From a virus (taxonomy: Duplodnaviria; Caudoviricetes): DNA of 64,000 bases. Location: IMG/VR virus record IMGVR_UViG_3300031760_000044, positions 5,220 through 69,219 of that record. One strand, 5' to 3'. Below, piece by piece: positions 28,145 through 41,228 of this stretch (the first letter of the stretch is position 1; the number at the start of each line of letters is the position of its first letter). The translations under genes and the position numbers were made by a program. The notes below the pieces were generated by a model. The model was given only the letters and a program-made list of their open reading frames with translations. It was not told the DNA's origin and searched no databases.

Positions 28145-29714
28145 GAAGAAGGAGGTTAAGATAATGGCAAACTTAACACAGTACGTTCATGATAATTTTG
28201 ATGTATCAAAGTCAACTCTGGATCTAATCGACAACATCTGTCACTATGTACTTGCGCAGCCTGAATATGTTGACGGCGAAGGACGTATAACAGAAGAGGG
28301 CTGTATGTTTATAAGCGGCCTACTGGACGGCGTGGCAGATATGTGGTACGATGAAATAAGAGAAGCATGGAGGTATGAAGGATGAAATTCTACGGAGTCA
28401 ACTTCCTCGACGACGAGGAGAAGATGCGGGACTTTAATTACCTTTCTAAAGAAGAGTTTCTCGCCAGCTACAGTTATCTGACAGAAGAGGAGTATGATAA
28501 CACTGCGATACTGTACGCCAGAGAAAGGGTTGCTTATAGCAAAGGAGGTAACAGTATGAGTACTACAACATTAAGTGAAGTATTAAGTTTGTTATCAGAT
28601 AGTAACACCGTCGAAATTCTGGATGAGGAAGAGAATGTCCTCGGCAGTTATGATGGTAAGAACTCTATCAGCAAGATCCTGATGAATCATTTAGTTGATA
28701 GCATAAGTATTCTGCCCATGGGTAAGATAAATATCTATATATCAGGTAAAACAATTGCGTAAATAGACTCTTACTTACGAATAAGGAGGAAAGAAATATG
28801 TTAGTTACAAGAAAGATAAATAAGGATACTGTAGCTGTAGTTACCAATGGATATTATGAGGTACTGCTTGGGATTGGTCTGCGTAAGAGTGGCAAGGCTT
28901 ATTATGGAACGGAGGAGGGCGCTATCTACCTCTGTGAGGATAAGCTCGTAATCAACAAACCAGTGGCCGAGAAGTATGGACTTAAGGTTGTAGTAAGAGG
29001 AGAATGATTACACCATGAAGAAGAAAACCAAGGATGTACCACGTTGGTCAGGCTGGACATTACTTGACGGAACGGAGGTACCAGCAGTTCCATGCGGATC
29101 AGTGTTCAAAGGTAAGAAAGAGAAGTTAAGATCGCAGCAATCTAAAGAGTTGAACAAACTCAGGAAGGAGTACTTATGACACTTAATCAGGCTATCATTC
29201 AGGTGATTAGCAACCAGTTTAAGAAGGATGCGAAAGAAGCACACACTCAGGTGGAGGCGGCGTTCTATAAGATAGAGAAGTATAACGGTCACTACCGCGT
29301 TACTAATCCCGCCACACATCGCTACTGCTATATAGTATACAGCGGCCACTACATGAAGGGAGATCGCTGGGTGCTTTACTGGGGATCCACTGGTCAGGGC
29401 AGAAAGGAACACTATGGGGATCCCGCCGATATAAAGGTGGATCTGGTTAACATGCTTAATACCCCTTACAATAAGTATATGTGCGAGTGTGAGTGGGAAC
29501 ATAATGGTAACCGTAGTGAAGCTATGCAGAAGTATGTTCACCTGATGGATCTTAAGAGAGACTATCAGGCATGTGATGTAGGTATGACTCAGGTGCTAAA
29601 GGACATTGATAGTCTGCAGAAGAAACTTATTAAGTATACCGAGCAGCGAGTTAATTATATGACGAAGTTAAATAACTACAGAAATGAAATAGGATTAGTA
29701 AGGAAGGATAATGT

Positions 29715-30656
29715 ATGAGCGGACGTCAGGAAAATGAAAACAGAATAGAGGCCGCCATTACCCAGCTCCTTCAGGGGGCGGCGGCAGAGCTACAACTTTG
29801 GAACGAACTTATGCGCGCTTCAGGATTAACGGCTGTAACTCGTAGGGATCGTATCACAAAGGTAAAGGCATTCCTGAATGGTCGTACGCCCGCTGCCATT
29901 ACCCGCGCCGATGTGATTACTTACTTTGGAGAATTGCGTCAGAAAACAATTACCGATACTTACCGCACATCTATCTGGTACACATTAAGTTCGTTCTTTT
30001 CTTATCTTCAGGAGGAAGGTATAACAGAAACCAACCTGATGAACGGTATTAAGCGCGGCCGTAATAATGATGTGCGCAGCCAGATCACAGTAACTGCCCG
30101 CGACTTTGCAGATGTAAGCAGTTCTGTTAAGACTGATACGCAGCGATATGCATACGCTGGCAGCATTACATTACGTAACCGCGATATGCTTATGCTGGCT
30201 ATTCTAATGGAAACTGGTCTGCGCGAGACTGCTCTGACATCCATAGACGTAGGGGATCTGGATGGAAACCACATATCAGTAATAGAGAAAGGAAATAAAA
30301 AGCGTGAGATCTACTTATCAGATAAGACTATCACGATCTTAAATGCTTGGTTACGTGATCGTAGCAACTTACTTAACGCACGTCAAAAGATAACGGATGC
30401 TTTGTTTGTATCTAGAGACGGTAATAGGATCTCACATGATACCGTGCGTTATGTTACAAGGAAATACTCTGGCAACAAACTTACTCCCCACAAGGTAAGA
30501 GGGGGCTACTGCTCTATCCTCTACGATCAGACACACGACATAGAGTTCGTCAGGCGGGCAGTGGGTCATGCACATGCCAGCACCACCCAGAGGTATGTCC
30601 GCACAGATGGGCAGGAGGCTCGTAAGGGAATGGAAATAATTTGTCAGACAATTTAA
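29715..30656 (+). CDS. Tyrosine recombinase / integrase (XerC/D-like)
   Basis: Catalytic residues R (TGLRETAL), K (EKGNK), HxxR (PHKVR), H (VGH) and Y (TTQRY); N-terminal SAM-like domain. Confidence 0.9.
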   Translation: MSGRQENENRIEAAITQLLQGAAAELQLWNELMRASGLTAVTRRDRITKVKAFLNGRTPAAITRADVITYFGELRQKTITDTYRTSIWYTLSSFFSYLQEEGITETNLMNGIKRGRNNDVRSQITVTARDFADVSSSVKTDTQRYAYAGSITLRNRDMLMLAILMETGLRETALTSIDVGDLDGNHISVIEKGNKKREIYLSDKTITILNAWLRDRSNLLNARQKITDALFVSRDGNRISHDTVRYVTRKYSGNKLTPHKVRGGYCSILYDQTHDIEFVRRAVGHAHASTTQRYVRTDGQEARKGMEIICQTI

Positions 30657-30664
30657 ATAATTGT

Positions 30665-30750
30665 TTTAATTGTATACACAAATTAATTATTTTATTTAAT
30701 TATATACACAAATTAATTATTTTTATTAAATAAATACACAATTAATTAAA
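30665..30750. repeat. Three about 30-bp AT-rich tandem repeats downstream of the recombinase
   Basis: TTTAATT(G/A)TATACACAAATTAATTATTTT(A/T) at 30665 and 30695; degenerate third copy with ATACACAATTAATTA at 30734. Confidence 0.8.
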
Positions 30751-30905
30751 TATTTTAAATTGTTTAAATATTCGCACAATAAAGAAAATTGTTTGCTGTG
30801 TTGGGCAAACCCTTTTACTCACCTCTTATCCCTCCCCCAAATCCTCTACTTGACAGCATTTCTCGACATATGATACAATTAACCCAGCACAGAAAGGAGA
30901 CGCCT

Positions 30906-31424
30906 ATGTTCCTACTTACAAGCATAATAATAGCCATAATATCCATCATATCCATTGCCTTCACTTCACTCGCCGCAAACATAGGATATCTGGGGCGTAA
31001 AAACCGCAGTTACAAATGGATGCAGTGGGCTATGACACACGAAGATGAATGGCTCGCAAACACAGACAGAATCGTAAAAGAATACGGAATGCTACGTTAC
31101 TATGGCCCCCTACAAAGAAACCGTAGTGGCACCAGATCCAAGGGTGATTTAGTTAAGTACGGATATGACAAAATTAAATGTCAGTACGGACTTATTTGTG
31201 GCGGAGAATTGGTGCTTGGCTATGAAAACTATAGCATTCAAGCGTGTTCCGACCGATTGCCAACCGTTAACGGAAAACGCATAGTATTATATAATCCAAA
31301 GCTATTAGTTGATGGTGTACATCGTATAGGTTATAAGGTAGTAAACGAAGGAATATACTATATAAAATGGTGCGGAGAATTTAAAGAAATAAATTACAAA
31401 AAGGGATATTGGTCAACATATTGA
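30906..31424 (+). CDS. Hypothetical membrane-anchored protein
   Basis: Hydrophobic N-terminus MFLLTSIIIAIISIISIAF; RBS AAAGGAG; promoter-like TTGACA...TACAAT upstream. Confidence 0.55.
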   Translation: MFLLTSIIIAIISIISIAFTSLAANIGYLGRKNRSYKWMQWAMTHEDEWLANTDRIVKEYGMLRYYGPLQRNRSGTRSKGDLVKYGYDKIKCQYGLICGGELVLGYENYSIQACSDRLPTVNGKRIVLYNPKLLVDGVHRIGYKVVNEGIYYIKWCGEFKEINYKKGYWSTY

Positions 31425-32295
31425 CAGATACCATAGTTGATGATAATATATGCAAAGGAGGATGGAAACAACTATGACAAATGAAACAAATACAATGCCC
31501 ACAAATTTTCAACTGATCCGTGAACTTAAAAAAACTTACGGGAGTCGAACTCATACTTTCGGATTCCTGACAGATGGAGAAGCTGAAGAAATCAGCAAAA
31601 CCCTCCGTCTGAAAGAAATGAACATTCTGGCACTTCGTAACCTGAGAGATTTTACTGTGGCGATCTGGGCAGATCATGATGATGAGTCCTTCAAGAAAAT
31701 AGACGAAATAAGTGCCATAACGTATGTGATCGACATGCAGATAGTGAGTCTCGGAGGAGAAGTCTAATATAAGTGAGTAACCGACATACAGATATTTAAT
31801 TATTAATAGAAAGGAAAGGTGGTATAATTATGTATACAGTAGTTATAGAGTGGCTTGATGACGGAATGAGAAGAACATACGAGTGCAACACTGAGGAAGA
31901 GGCACTTAATCTCCAGAAGCGTTTCGAGGATAGATACAGCAAGGAAAATATATGGAGTACAATAAGATTTGGTGCTGTAATGCATGGTTCATATTATCTG
32001 GGAGCATTTTGATATGTATATATTAAAAGATACATCATACCCATACCATGAAAGTCGCTACTATGACGGAGGAATAAAGGTAAATGACCAATGAAGAGAT
32101 AATGAATAAATATCTTGAAATAGTACAGCAGCTAGACCAAATTATATGGTGGTGTCAGGTGGCGGATAATCCGATTTACAATGTGGACGAGAATGGTAAG
32201 CGTCATTCCAGAGATTTATATGAGATTCGCAAGGGGTTTGCACAAAGATATAACCAACTTAGTGATGCGCTAGAAAAGGAAGGAGTGTAGCACTT

Positions 32296-32985
32296 ATGAG
32301 AATAATTGATAGCCAGTATGACTACTATGATTACTTGCAAAACTATACGGATCCTATAGTGTTTGATCGCAGAGGTTCGCGCGTGTTAACTAAGGAAGAT
32401 GTGTGCCATGCATTGTCACTTTATAATGATAGAACTGACAAGTACTTACTTTTGCTACATTGTGGCGCAACATACTGGCTCATTCTGGCCACGATTACCG
32501 AAAAGGAAAAGAGTTACTGGGGAACACGTAAAGAGCCTAAGAACTATGACCTCAAGGTTCTGAGTAAGTGGTCGGATTATTCCAAAGAAAGAAAGCTGAT
32601 TTCCCTCGACGTTATCACACTTCCTATGTGGAAAATATATCCCGATATATATTCAGGTGAAGTAGCCGAAGAGGCTGCTATTAAGTACATGGACGAAATT
32701 AAAGAAACGATTCGAATTAACGATTATAACTATTCCACAATATGTGACGCATACTGCAAAAAGTGGGACTATACCGCGCAGAAATATGTCGAACAGTATC
32801 AGCCCCCACTTCTTAAGGCTTGCGGCATATCCAGTATAATTGAACCTATGGAAATTTTTGTTGCCATTGAGGAGCACTTCTCGTTACTTAAGAGTGAGGC
32901 TGAGCGAACAGAACCACTGGGCGCAACCAACGACGACAAGATAATTATGCACGGATTTGATACAAAGACATCGTTTAGGGGGTAG
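32296..32985 (+). CDS. Hypothetical phage protein
   Basis: 229 aa, MRIIDSQYDYYD...HGFDTKTSFR. Confidence 0.6.
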   Translation: MRIIDSQYDYYDYLQNYTDPIVFDRRGSRVLTKEDVCHALSLYNDRTDKYLLLLHCGATYWLILATITEKEKSYWGTRKEPKNYDLKVLSKWSDYSKERKLISLDVITLPMWKIYPDIYSGEVAEEAAIKYMDEIKETIRINDYNYSTICDAYCKKWDYTAQKYVEQYQPPLLKACGISSIIEPMEIFVAIEEHFSLLKSEAERTEPLGATNDDKIIMHGFDTKTSFRG

Positions 32986-32993
32986 TAATAAAA

Positions 32994-33257
32994 ATGAAAC
33001 TGTTAGAAGATTTAATAAAGATTGATCACTTGGAAGTTTGGAAGTTGCCCGACAATGAAGTAGGGGTATGTTTTAAAAACTTTGCATACATAAAGGATGG
33101 CGATTTTTTAATAGGCAAATTCGGCAGTGGAAAAACCCTTGAAGATGCCGTAAGAGATTACGCGCAGGAGATATCAGGAAGAACGCTTGTTACAGATCCG
33201 ACAAGCAGCAGTAGAAAAGAGATAGCAGTTCTATTGATAGAAAAAGGAGAAGATTAA
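32994..33257 (+). CDS. Small protein with a possible HicB-like N-terminal fold
   Basis: GKFGSGKTLEDAVRDYAQEI resembles the G-x-T-x-E-E-A helix-start motif of HicB partial RNase H folds; weak. Confidence 0.3.
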   Translation: MKLLEDLIKIDHLEVWKLPDNEVGVCFKNFAYIKDGDFLIGKFGSGKTLEDAVRDYAQEISGRTLVTDPTSSSRKEIAVLLIEKGED

Positions 33258-33768
33258 TATGTACGCAGAAATAACTCTTTATGATGATGACGGAACCATT
33301 AAGAACGGAAAACCATATGTAGTGCCAGCTGGTCGAATAGATGTCTTCCCCTCTGATCAAGTTGGCGGAGAAAAGACTGTTGAATATAAATTTACCTTTG
33401 TATTGGCTGAAAGAATCCCCACGAATCCAAGAGAAATTGAAGTGCTTAATAAGATAGAAAGAGCCTATAAAGAAGGATTTGCCGAAGGAAGAGAAAGCGT
33501 CGAATATTATACTGGAGGTAGACATTAGATGGAGTCTATAATATCATGTCCTAATTGTGGTGAGGAAATGCATTTCTGCTTTGACGAGTGGGGTCATACG
33601 CCGTTTCATCTACACTGTGACAAATGTGAGATAAATATTGGCGCAACTTCTCCGAATAAGTGTATTGAATTATTAGCAGATTATCATAAACCACATACAT
33701 GGCTCGAATATTTCCAAGGAGATATTAAGATATTGTATGAAGAAGGACGGAAATTAAATGACTAATGC

Positions 33769-33797
33769 TTGACAAAATTTTGTTTCAAATATATAAT
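33769..33797 (+). promoter_or_regulatory. Consensus sigma-A promoter
   Basis: TTGACA-N17-TATAAT. Confidence 0.8.
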
Positions 33798-35615
33798 TCA
33801 CTTACAAAAGATGAGGAGAAAATATATGAGTAAATTAAGGAAAGCGCAGGAAATATATATCTATCTTAATGCTAAATGCAACTGGAACGGAAGTGTGTGT
33901 ATTGATGAAGTGTGGTCTTTTGAACATGCAAAGCAGCTTGCAGATTGTATGAATGATCATAACGTTCACATTGCGTATCTTATGGCAAGGAGAGAAATGA
34001 AATGAAAATAATTAAACGAGGAGATCCTGACAAGGCAAAAAATATTGTACAGTTTGAGTGCGACCGATGTGGTTGCATATTTAAGGCAGAAAAAGGCGAG
34101 TGGGGATACGCACCCCAGATGGCTCAGCAAAGGGGCGAAGGAACCTATATATGTAAATGCCCTTGTTGCGGAAAGGAAGTGTGGAAATGAAAGTATATTT
34201 AGTACACCATGGCGAGTACAGTGACTATACTGTGGATGCGATATTTGAGGATCAGGATACGGCTGAAAAATACTGTGATCTGCACAACAAATACGACAGC
34301 TATTATGGGGGCGTGTATGAATATGAAGAATGGGACACCACTGAATGCGTTATCAATATGCAAAGAGATAGGGATCGAGTCGGATATTTGTATCTCTTTG
34401 ATAAAAAGGGTCACCTCAAAGAAGAAGATAATCCTAAATTAAGACTTCAGTGGCGTGATGACGGAGATATTTACGCAGACAAAGGGGGATATAGCATAGT
34501 GATAGTTGCCAACAACAGAAGCGAAGCCCAGTGCCGCAAGATAGCGTGTGATAAAGTGGCTGCGTACAGAGCAAGGGAGGAATTATTTTAATGTAAACTA
34601 AAATGGTTTACATTTGAAATATTCATGATTAAGTACATTTTCACTGGCTTGGTGAAATGGTTTACAAAAGGAGAATAAAATGAAAGAATATTACGTATCA
34701 GCAATGGTCGTTTATGACGACAATGTATATGCAAATTCTGAAGAAGAAGCAATAGATAAGTTTATAGCAAACTGTCTCTATGATGTCGATGCAAGCACTA
34801 TTGAAGTTGAGACCATTACGGAAGATGAAGAGTAAGGGAGAAAGACGATGAATAAATTATTTGGTGATCCAACAGAAACTATGAGGAGCCTGATAGAAAA
34901 TACATCAGTAAATATATCTGATGCATTAGATCAACACAATAAACTTATGTCAGCTTTAGAAGGCTCTTATATAGGTTATAAGCCAGTAATTTATGACACC
35001 ATAACTACTTGTGAACCTTATCATCATGATATAATTTATATCCATAAAACAAATTGTCCAAACTGTGGCGGGCTATTAGATGGCGACGAACATAATCCAT
35101 ACGTTAAGTGTGGATGTTGCGGAGCAAAGATCTGGAGTGAAAGAGAGGTATCGTAATTATGATAACTTTATTATTTATTGTATTCATCATTGTAACAATT
35201 GCAATGGTTTGCGCCAATAATCGTGAATTAGATTATGACGATTCACTTTGCGTAATGATCGTTATAGATTTAGTATGTATCGGCGGCATAATTATATTAC
35301 TTGGTAATTTGTTTAACGTCGCTTATGTGATACCAAATAAGATTGCTATGTATCAAGAAGAGAACGCGATCATTGAGGAGCGAGTCAGCAGTACAGTTGC
35401 TAAGTATATGGAATACGAGAAGGATATTATTTACGAAGTGGCTCCTAGCGATGATGCTATGACCTTGATATCTTTGTATCCAGAGCTGAGCTCAGACGAA
35501 TTGATTAAAGAAGAAATCAACGTATATGTTTCAAATAATAACAAGATAAGGGAACTGAAAGATACGGAACTCAATAAGTCAATATATAAATTCCTACTGT
35601 ATTTTGGACATTAAC

Positions 35616-35644
35616 TTGACAAAACAACGTATCAATGATAATAT
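35616..35644 (+). promoter_or_regulatory. Sigma-A-type promoter with a hairpin at +1
   Basis: TTGACA-N17-TAATAT, then AAGAGAAGTG-AGATC-CACTTCTCTT. Confidence 0.65.
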
Positions 35645-37060
35645 ACAAGAGAAGTGAGATCCACTTCTCTTTATTAATCAGAAAGGCAGTAAGCAAATGA
35701 AGGTGGTAATTGATATATCCAAAGATGTATACGAAGAATGTCAGGGGCATATATACTTCCCTGATACGGGCGGAGAACTTTTTAATGCGGTTAAGAATGG
35801 TATTCCACTTCCTAAAGGACATGGTAGGTTAATAGATGCGGATAGTATATATCAGATAGTTAGGCCTATTGAACAAAGCGATGCTGAATGGGGGATGACA
35901 GCAGAAACAGCAATACGACTGATACACGATGCATTTAATAAAGCACCAACAATCATAGAAGCGGATAAGGCAGAAGCGAGGAATAAGGAATGAACGCTTA
36001 TGATGTACGAAATCTGCTTGATACTTTAGAAACGGCAAGAATACACGCAGGGGCAGAAATGGAAAGACTATGTAATAACAATCAACATATAGATGCATGT
36101 GTGTTTCAATCTATTCGGGATAGTATTGCACAGAATATACAGTTATTGCAATCTTATGTGATTTGTAAGGCAGAAAGTGAGGAAGTATGATGTTACGAAC
36201 TAAAAGCGAACAGAAAACCTACCTTGACGGGTACGAAATGTGTGCGGAATGCATTGAGGAATATCTATCAGACGAGGGTAAGAAGAAGTTGGAGTGTTTG
36301 CTTTCAGCCGTGAGAAATGCGGTAGATCTAGCAGAAAGCGATGCTCCAATTGAGGAGGTACTATAATGGCCAATGTAACAACAACCTACATTCCGTACCA
36401 TGGTAAGAATATAGAAAAAATTCATATCAAGGGAACCGCACATTCCTACTATATTTATCGCGTGGTGCGGGATCACAATACATGTAGCTGGAAAGATTTT
36501 GCAACAGAAGAAGAGGCTAAAACTTATATTGATAAGGAGGCTGAGTAGTGAGTAAAGTAACAATTGATGACATTTATGATGACATCAAGCACGGATCTGT
36601 ATCTGATTATGCTGCTTCAAAAGATGTCGAAGTTGTCCCTCGTAAGATGGTTGAAATGATAATCGATTACGCTTATAATTTAGCGAAATGTGATTATGAA
36701 AATTCTAAATATGCAGCGCACATTGGCGACGCGCAAGGCGCCATGGAAAGAAAACATCAGGCAGATGCTATTAGTAGTATTGTCCAGTATGGGAACCTTT
36801 TACTCGCAGAGTTTGAAGATGACGGAGAAGCATAATGAAAAATATAATAATTATATCGCCAACTTATAGGCGAGCCGTTCAGACGTGGGAAAGGTTTCAG
36901 AAGATACCAAAGATATGGATCTCTGCAACAAAGAACCCCTTAACACTCACACTGTTCAACGGTACCAAGTTTAGTTTTATTGGCGAAACGGAAGGTCAGC
37001 GTGGATTACGTGGTCGAGAAATAGAATATATCATTGACGAAGAAGATGTCTGGGAAAGAC

Positions 37061-37089
37061 TTGACATAATAAAAGATAAATGATATGAT
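37061..37089 (+). promoter_or_regulatory. Sigma-A-type promoter with a hairpin at +1
   Basis: TTGACA-N17-TATGAT, then TAATGGGTCA...TGACCCATTA. Confidence 0.65.
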
Positions 37090-38959
37090 ATTAATGGGTC
37101 AGGGTAGTCTTGACCCATTAATTAGTAAGGAGGTATCATGCTTACAGATTTTGACCGTAGGTTAATAGCGGCAGAGAACGAAGATCTAAGGCCAGTAGAT
37201 TTTTCTATTGAGCGGATCCTACGCAAATACCATGCCGTGCAGATTACATGTCACTGGTACGATAGCGATCCGCCCGAGTGTAATAAATGTGAGCGTTGTT
37301 GCGGTGATCCATGTAACACGTGGATAGAATGGAACGGAAGTGAAGCTCAGTTGACCCGTGAAGTGTGGGTTGACATATGGGGCGAAGGCATCTGGGGTAT
37401 GAGTCAGGCTGACGTAGATAAGTTTGCTGCAAAGTTATTTAAACAACGTGGTATGAAGGGCAGACTATTTTATGTCAAACCAAGCCCTGATGAAATATGG
37501 ATATACTATTATCATCGGGACGTAGCAAAATGTGATTACTGGTGTGTGTTCAAGGAGGCTTGACATGGATCCCAAAAAGAAGTATCATTGTCCTATATGT
37601 GATAAGAACTGCCGATCAAATAATACAGCCTTTCCCATTATAAAAGGCGAACTACGTTTTATAAATGGTAAAATGCTACAATATTATTACATGGAACAAA
37701 TCGAACTACATTGTAACGAATGTGATATTACATGGACGGAGAATAATGATATATGAAGAAGCCTACTTTTATAGCAAGAGACGTTAAGTTTTACGTTGGC
37801 GATAAAGTTATTCAGATTAGTAATGGAGATACACCAATGTTGGTTGAAGAAGGATCATTCTTTGATGAAATGGAAAAGATTATAGATGATACGCTTGGCA
37901 TAACGAAGCGACCAAAACAAGACATTGACCATCCAGATCCACCACAAGTACGACGTAATAGCCAAGGAATATACGTATACGAACCAAGAGAGGACAACCA
38001 TGATACTAAAGGATTACGAAACGTTTAGTATATCTTTTGATGGAGGGGGTAAAGACGATTGTGTCTGTGTAATAATGCGGCACAATGGAGACGGAACCTT
38101 AACTATGTTAAAAGCCGCTGCTGGTACGCAAGCGGAAATGATATATAGAATACTTACGGAACAAAATACAGAGATAAAGGAGATTCAATGAGCAGAGGAA
38201 TACTTGAAAACATATGTAGTGCAATTTATCTACTACATGCAGAAAACAAATCTATAATGGAAGCACTTATGATTAGTTCTGGTGTAAGCAAAGAGGACGC
38301 CGAGAATCTAACCAAACAGTGGGAGGAAGCACTTAGTAAAGTTTTTAAAAATATGGATAAGGAGTAAACAAATGACAAGAGAAGAAGTTATTAACACACT
38401 ACAGTTAATGGTAGACACCTACCCCATTACCGATCCCCTTTTTGATATCGCTATTCATGAGGCTATCAAGCTTTTAATGGAGATCGATTATTACAATTGC
38501 ATTGATAAAAGAAAAACACTTGACAAATTAAACGAATTGGCATATTATGATCCTGCAAGGTTTCCCAACCCTGATATGATGAACGGATACAATATGTGCT
38601 TGGGAGACTCTACAAACGTAGTGGCAAGTATGCCACCTTACAGTTCAACAGATGATGGAGGAATGTAAAATGAACAAGAAGTGGAAGAACAGTGGACTTG
38701 AAATTGGTACCAGAGTAAAGATTTCCAGTGATGTTTTTGTTGAGCCTCTTAAGGCCACAAAGAGATTACAGTACGTCGAGTATATGGGCGAAACTAATTC
38801 TGGTATTATTCTGAATTGTGTATTCAAGCCCGCCTTTGGAGCAAGAGATCCTAAGGATTATCAGTATAGACTTCATGTTAACTGGGCAAACATCTATTGT
38901 GGCGACACAAAGATCCAGCTTCCCGATGGATCCCTTCTCAGAGCAAAGAGAATTCCTGC

Positions 38960-38988
38960 TTGACAATATTACATAAGTAAGATATAAT
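38960..38988 (+). promoter_or_regulatory. Consensus sigma-A promoter
   Basis: TTGACA-N17-TATAAT; the -35 overlaps the TGA stop of the upstream ORF. Confidence 0.8.
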
Positions 38989-41199
38989 AAGGTTATCGGT
39001 AAAGGTAACCTTATTATTTTTTTTTTTTAGGAGGTGTTATATGATGAGTAAATGGTTAAAACTAATTGGTGCTATAGCATTATCAGGAATCGCTGTGTTT
39101 TGTTGTATGATGATTCCAATATCAATTATACAAGGACGCACGGTTTTGGCTATTGCGAACATTATAACCACAAGTATTCACTGGTTTCTTTATGCTTGTC
39201 TGCTTTATGATGCGGCAAGAGAGAGGTGAGTAAATGGATATGGCTGCAGTAGTGGCAGTAACAAATAAATTACGTGCCGAGAACGAAGAACTTAAAGACG
39301 AAATAAAAAGACTTCAGTGTGAGATTTTTAAGATGCAGACTGACTATAAGGTGCTTAATAGTCATTACACCAAGTTACTTGATACATATATGGAGGAAAG
39401 ATAATGCTGCGACCTAAACATATGAATAAACGTAAAGCCAAGAAGTGGCGCAAATATTGCGACGATTCCAGCTGGGTATATTTTATGTGCGGTGGAGAAC
39501 CCAAAACCTTGACGGATCTGAGAAAGCTAATTCAATTAGTTGATCGCGAATTTACTGGAGGTATCTATGGAGATTAAGGCTGGTGATATTGTTACGGTGA
39601 ACGGAACAGTAGTGTGTGCGCGTGATGCCGAAGATGGTAAACATATTATCATTAAGACTAACAGCGGAGAATTATGTATACGCGAAGAAGATGTAAACAC
39701 TATCCATCCTTATAAGGATCATTCTCTGGTGGATTTAAGAAGAGGAAATTAATATGAGTGGTTATGTAAACAAAGAAGAATTGCTTAAAAAAGTGTATCG
39801 AGACGACGACGGAAACTATGTTGTCTTGGCGGACAGTATAGAAGTTATGTCAAGCTATGATGGAATTCCTATTGACTGGATTCAAAAATATGCCAACGCT
39901 GTTCCTTGGGGAGACTATATTGAAGGACTGCTTTATGACTGGGAGAAACATCATGAACAATGAAATGATTATAATCATTGAATTAAACGACGATAAACGC
40001 AGCATCATGAAGATCAGAAATGTAATATGGTACGATTACGATGATCGTTTTATTAGAATTAAATATAAAAATCATGAGACAACTAATATAAAATGGGTCT
40101 CCCTTTCGTACATTAGAATGTTACAAATATTCGAGGAGGCAAATATATGAGCAGATATAAGGAGAGTAAAATGAAAGTATTGGTTGACATTCCTGATAGT
40201 GAATTTCATATGTTTAAAGATGCTACATCTTCAGGGATCGGAAATAGTGCTATGAAACATATAATGAATGGTACAATTATTTCTGATAATCTAACTAACG
40301 GAGATATAATTAGAATTATGTTTCCAAATATGGCAATATCCAACGAGCTTCGTGATGTTATGACCATATATACAATGTGTTCAGATGGTAATGAATTTGT
40401 TACTCACTTTGATCTTGACTGGTGGAAAGCACCCTATTGCGCGGAGAGGGAAGGTGGACATGATCAGAATTAATATTGAAATGCCTGAGACATGTTCGGA
40501 CTGTTTTGCATGTTACGACTGTATGTATTGCACAATAGCTGGAAGACAAATGGACTTTGAAACATTCACTGATAAGAGAGCTGACTATTGCCCGTTAAAT
40601 GAAGAATGGATCCCAGTATCAAGTGTAGAAGAAATACCAAAGAGAGGATGCTACTGGGTTACGAAGAATGCAAAAGATACGGTTTGGGTTGACACAATTG
40701 CATGGGATAACTATCACAAATACTGGTGTGACAGTGACGGCTTCAGAGCTTTCTCTGAGGATCTGGATAATATTGTAGCGTATATGCCATACTTTACACC
40801 CAAACCTTTGCAGGAGAATAGTAAAGGAGAATAATATGAAGGATTTAGATAAGTTAATAGATAATATATGCAATGCCAATTATACATACAAAAATGGCAC
40901 ATCTACTATTGTTAATAAGTATTCATCTACAGCAAATGAAGAACGTGCAGCGATAGCAAAAGTAGTTTATGACTGGGCTTCAACACAATTAGATGATTCT
41001 AAACGCATCGCAGAATTAGAAGCAAAATGTTACGCATACGAACAGATCATTTCCAATAGTAGTTTCGCACCAGTATTAACTGTGCAGCCACAAATGGAAA
41101 ATATTCCTGATGCTTGTAAGCATTGTAGTAATCATCCATCTAATGGTGGAAACGGCGTGTGTAACTGTATGTTGGGAACGGAAACATTCTACTGATCAC

Positions 41200-41228
41200 T
41201 TGACATCGGATCCTTTTTGGTGTATAAT
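41200..41228 (+). promoter_or_regulatory. Consensus sigma-A promoter
   Basis: TTGACA-N17-TATAAT with TG extension. Confidence 0.8.

Noticed and set aside
30665-30750. CRISPR mini-array
   Set aside because: The repeats are directly tandem with no unique spacers. The Cas4-like gene at 50859 is a common stand-alone phage exonuclease, with no cas1/cas2 nearby.
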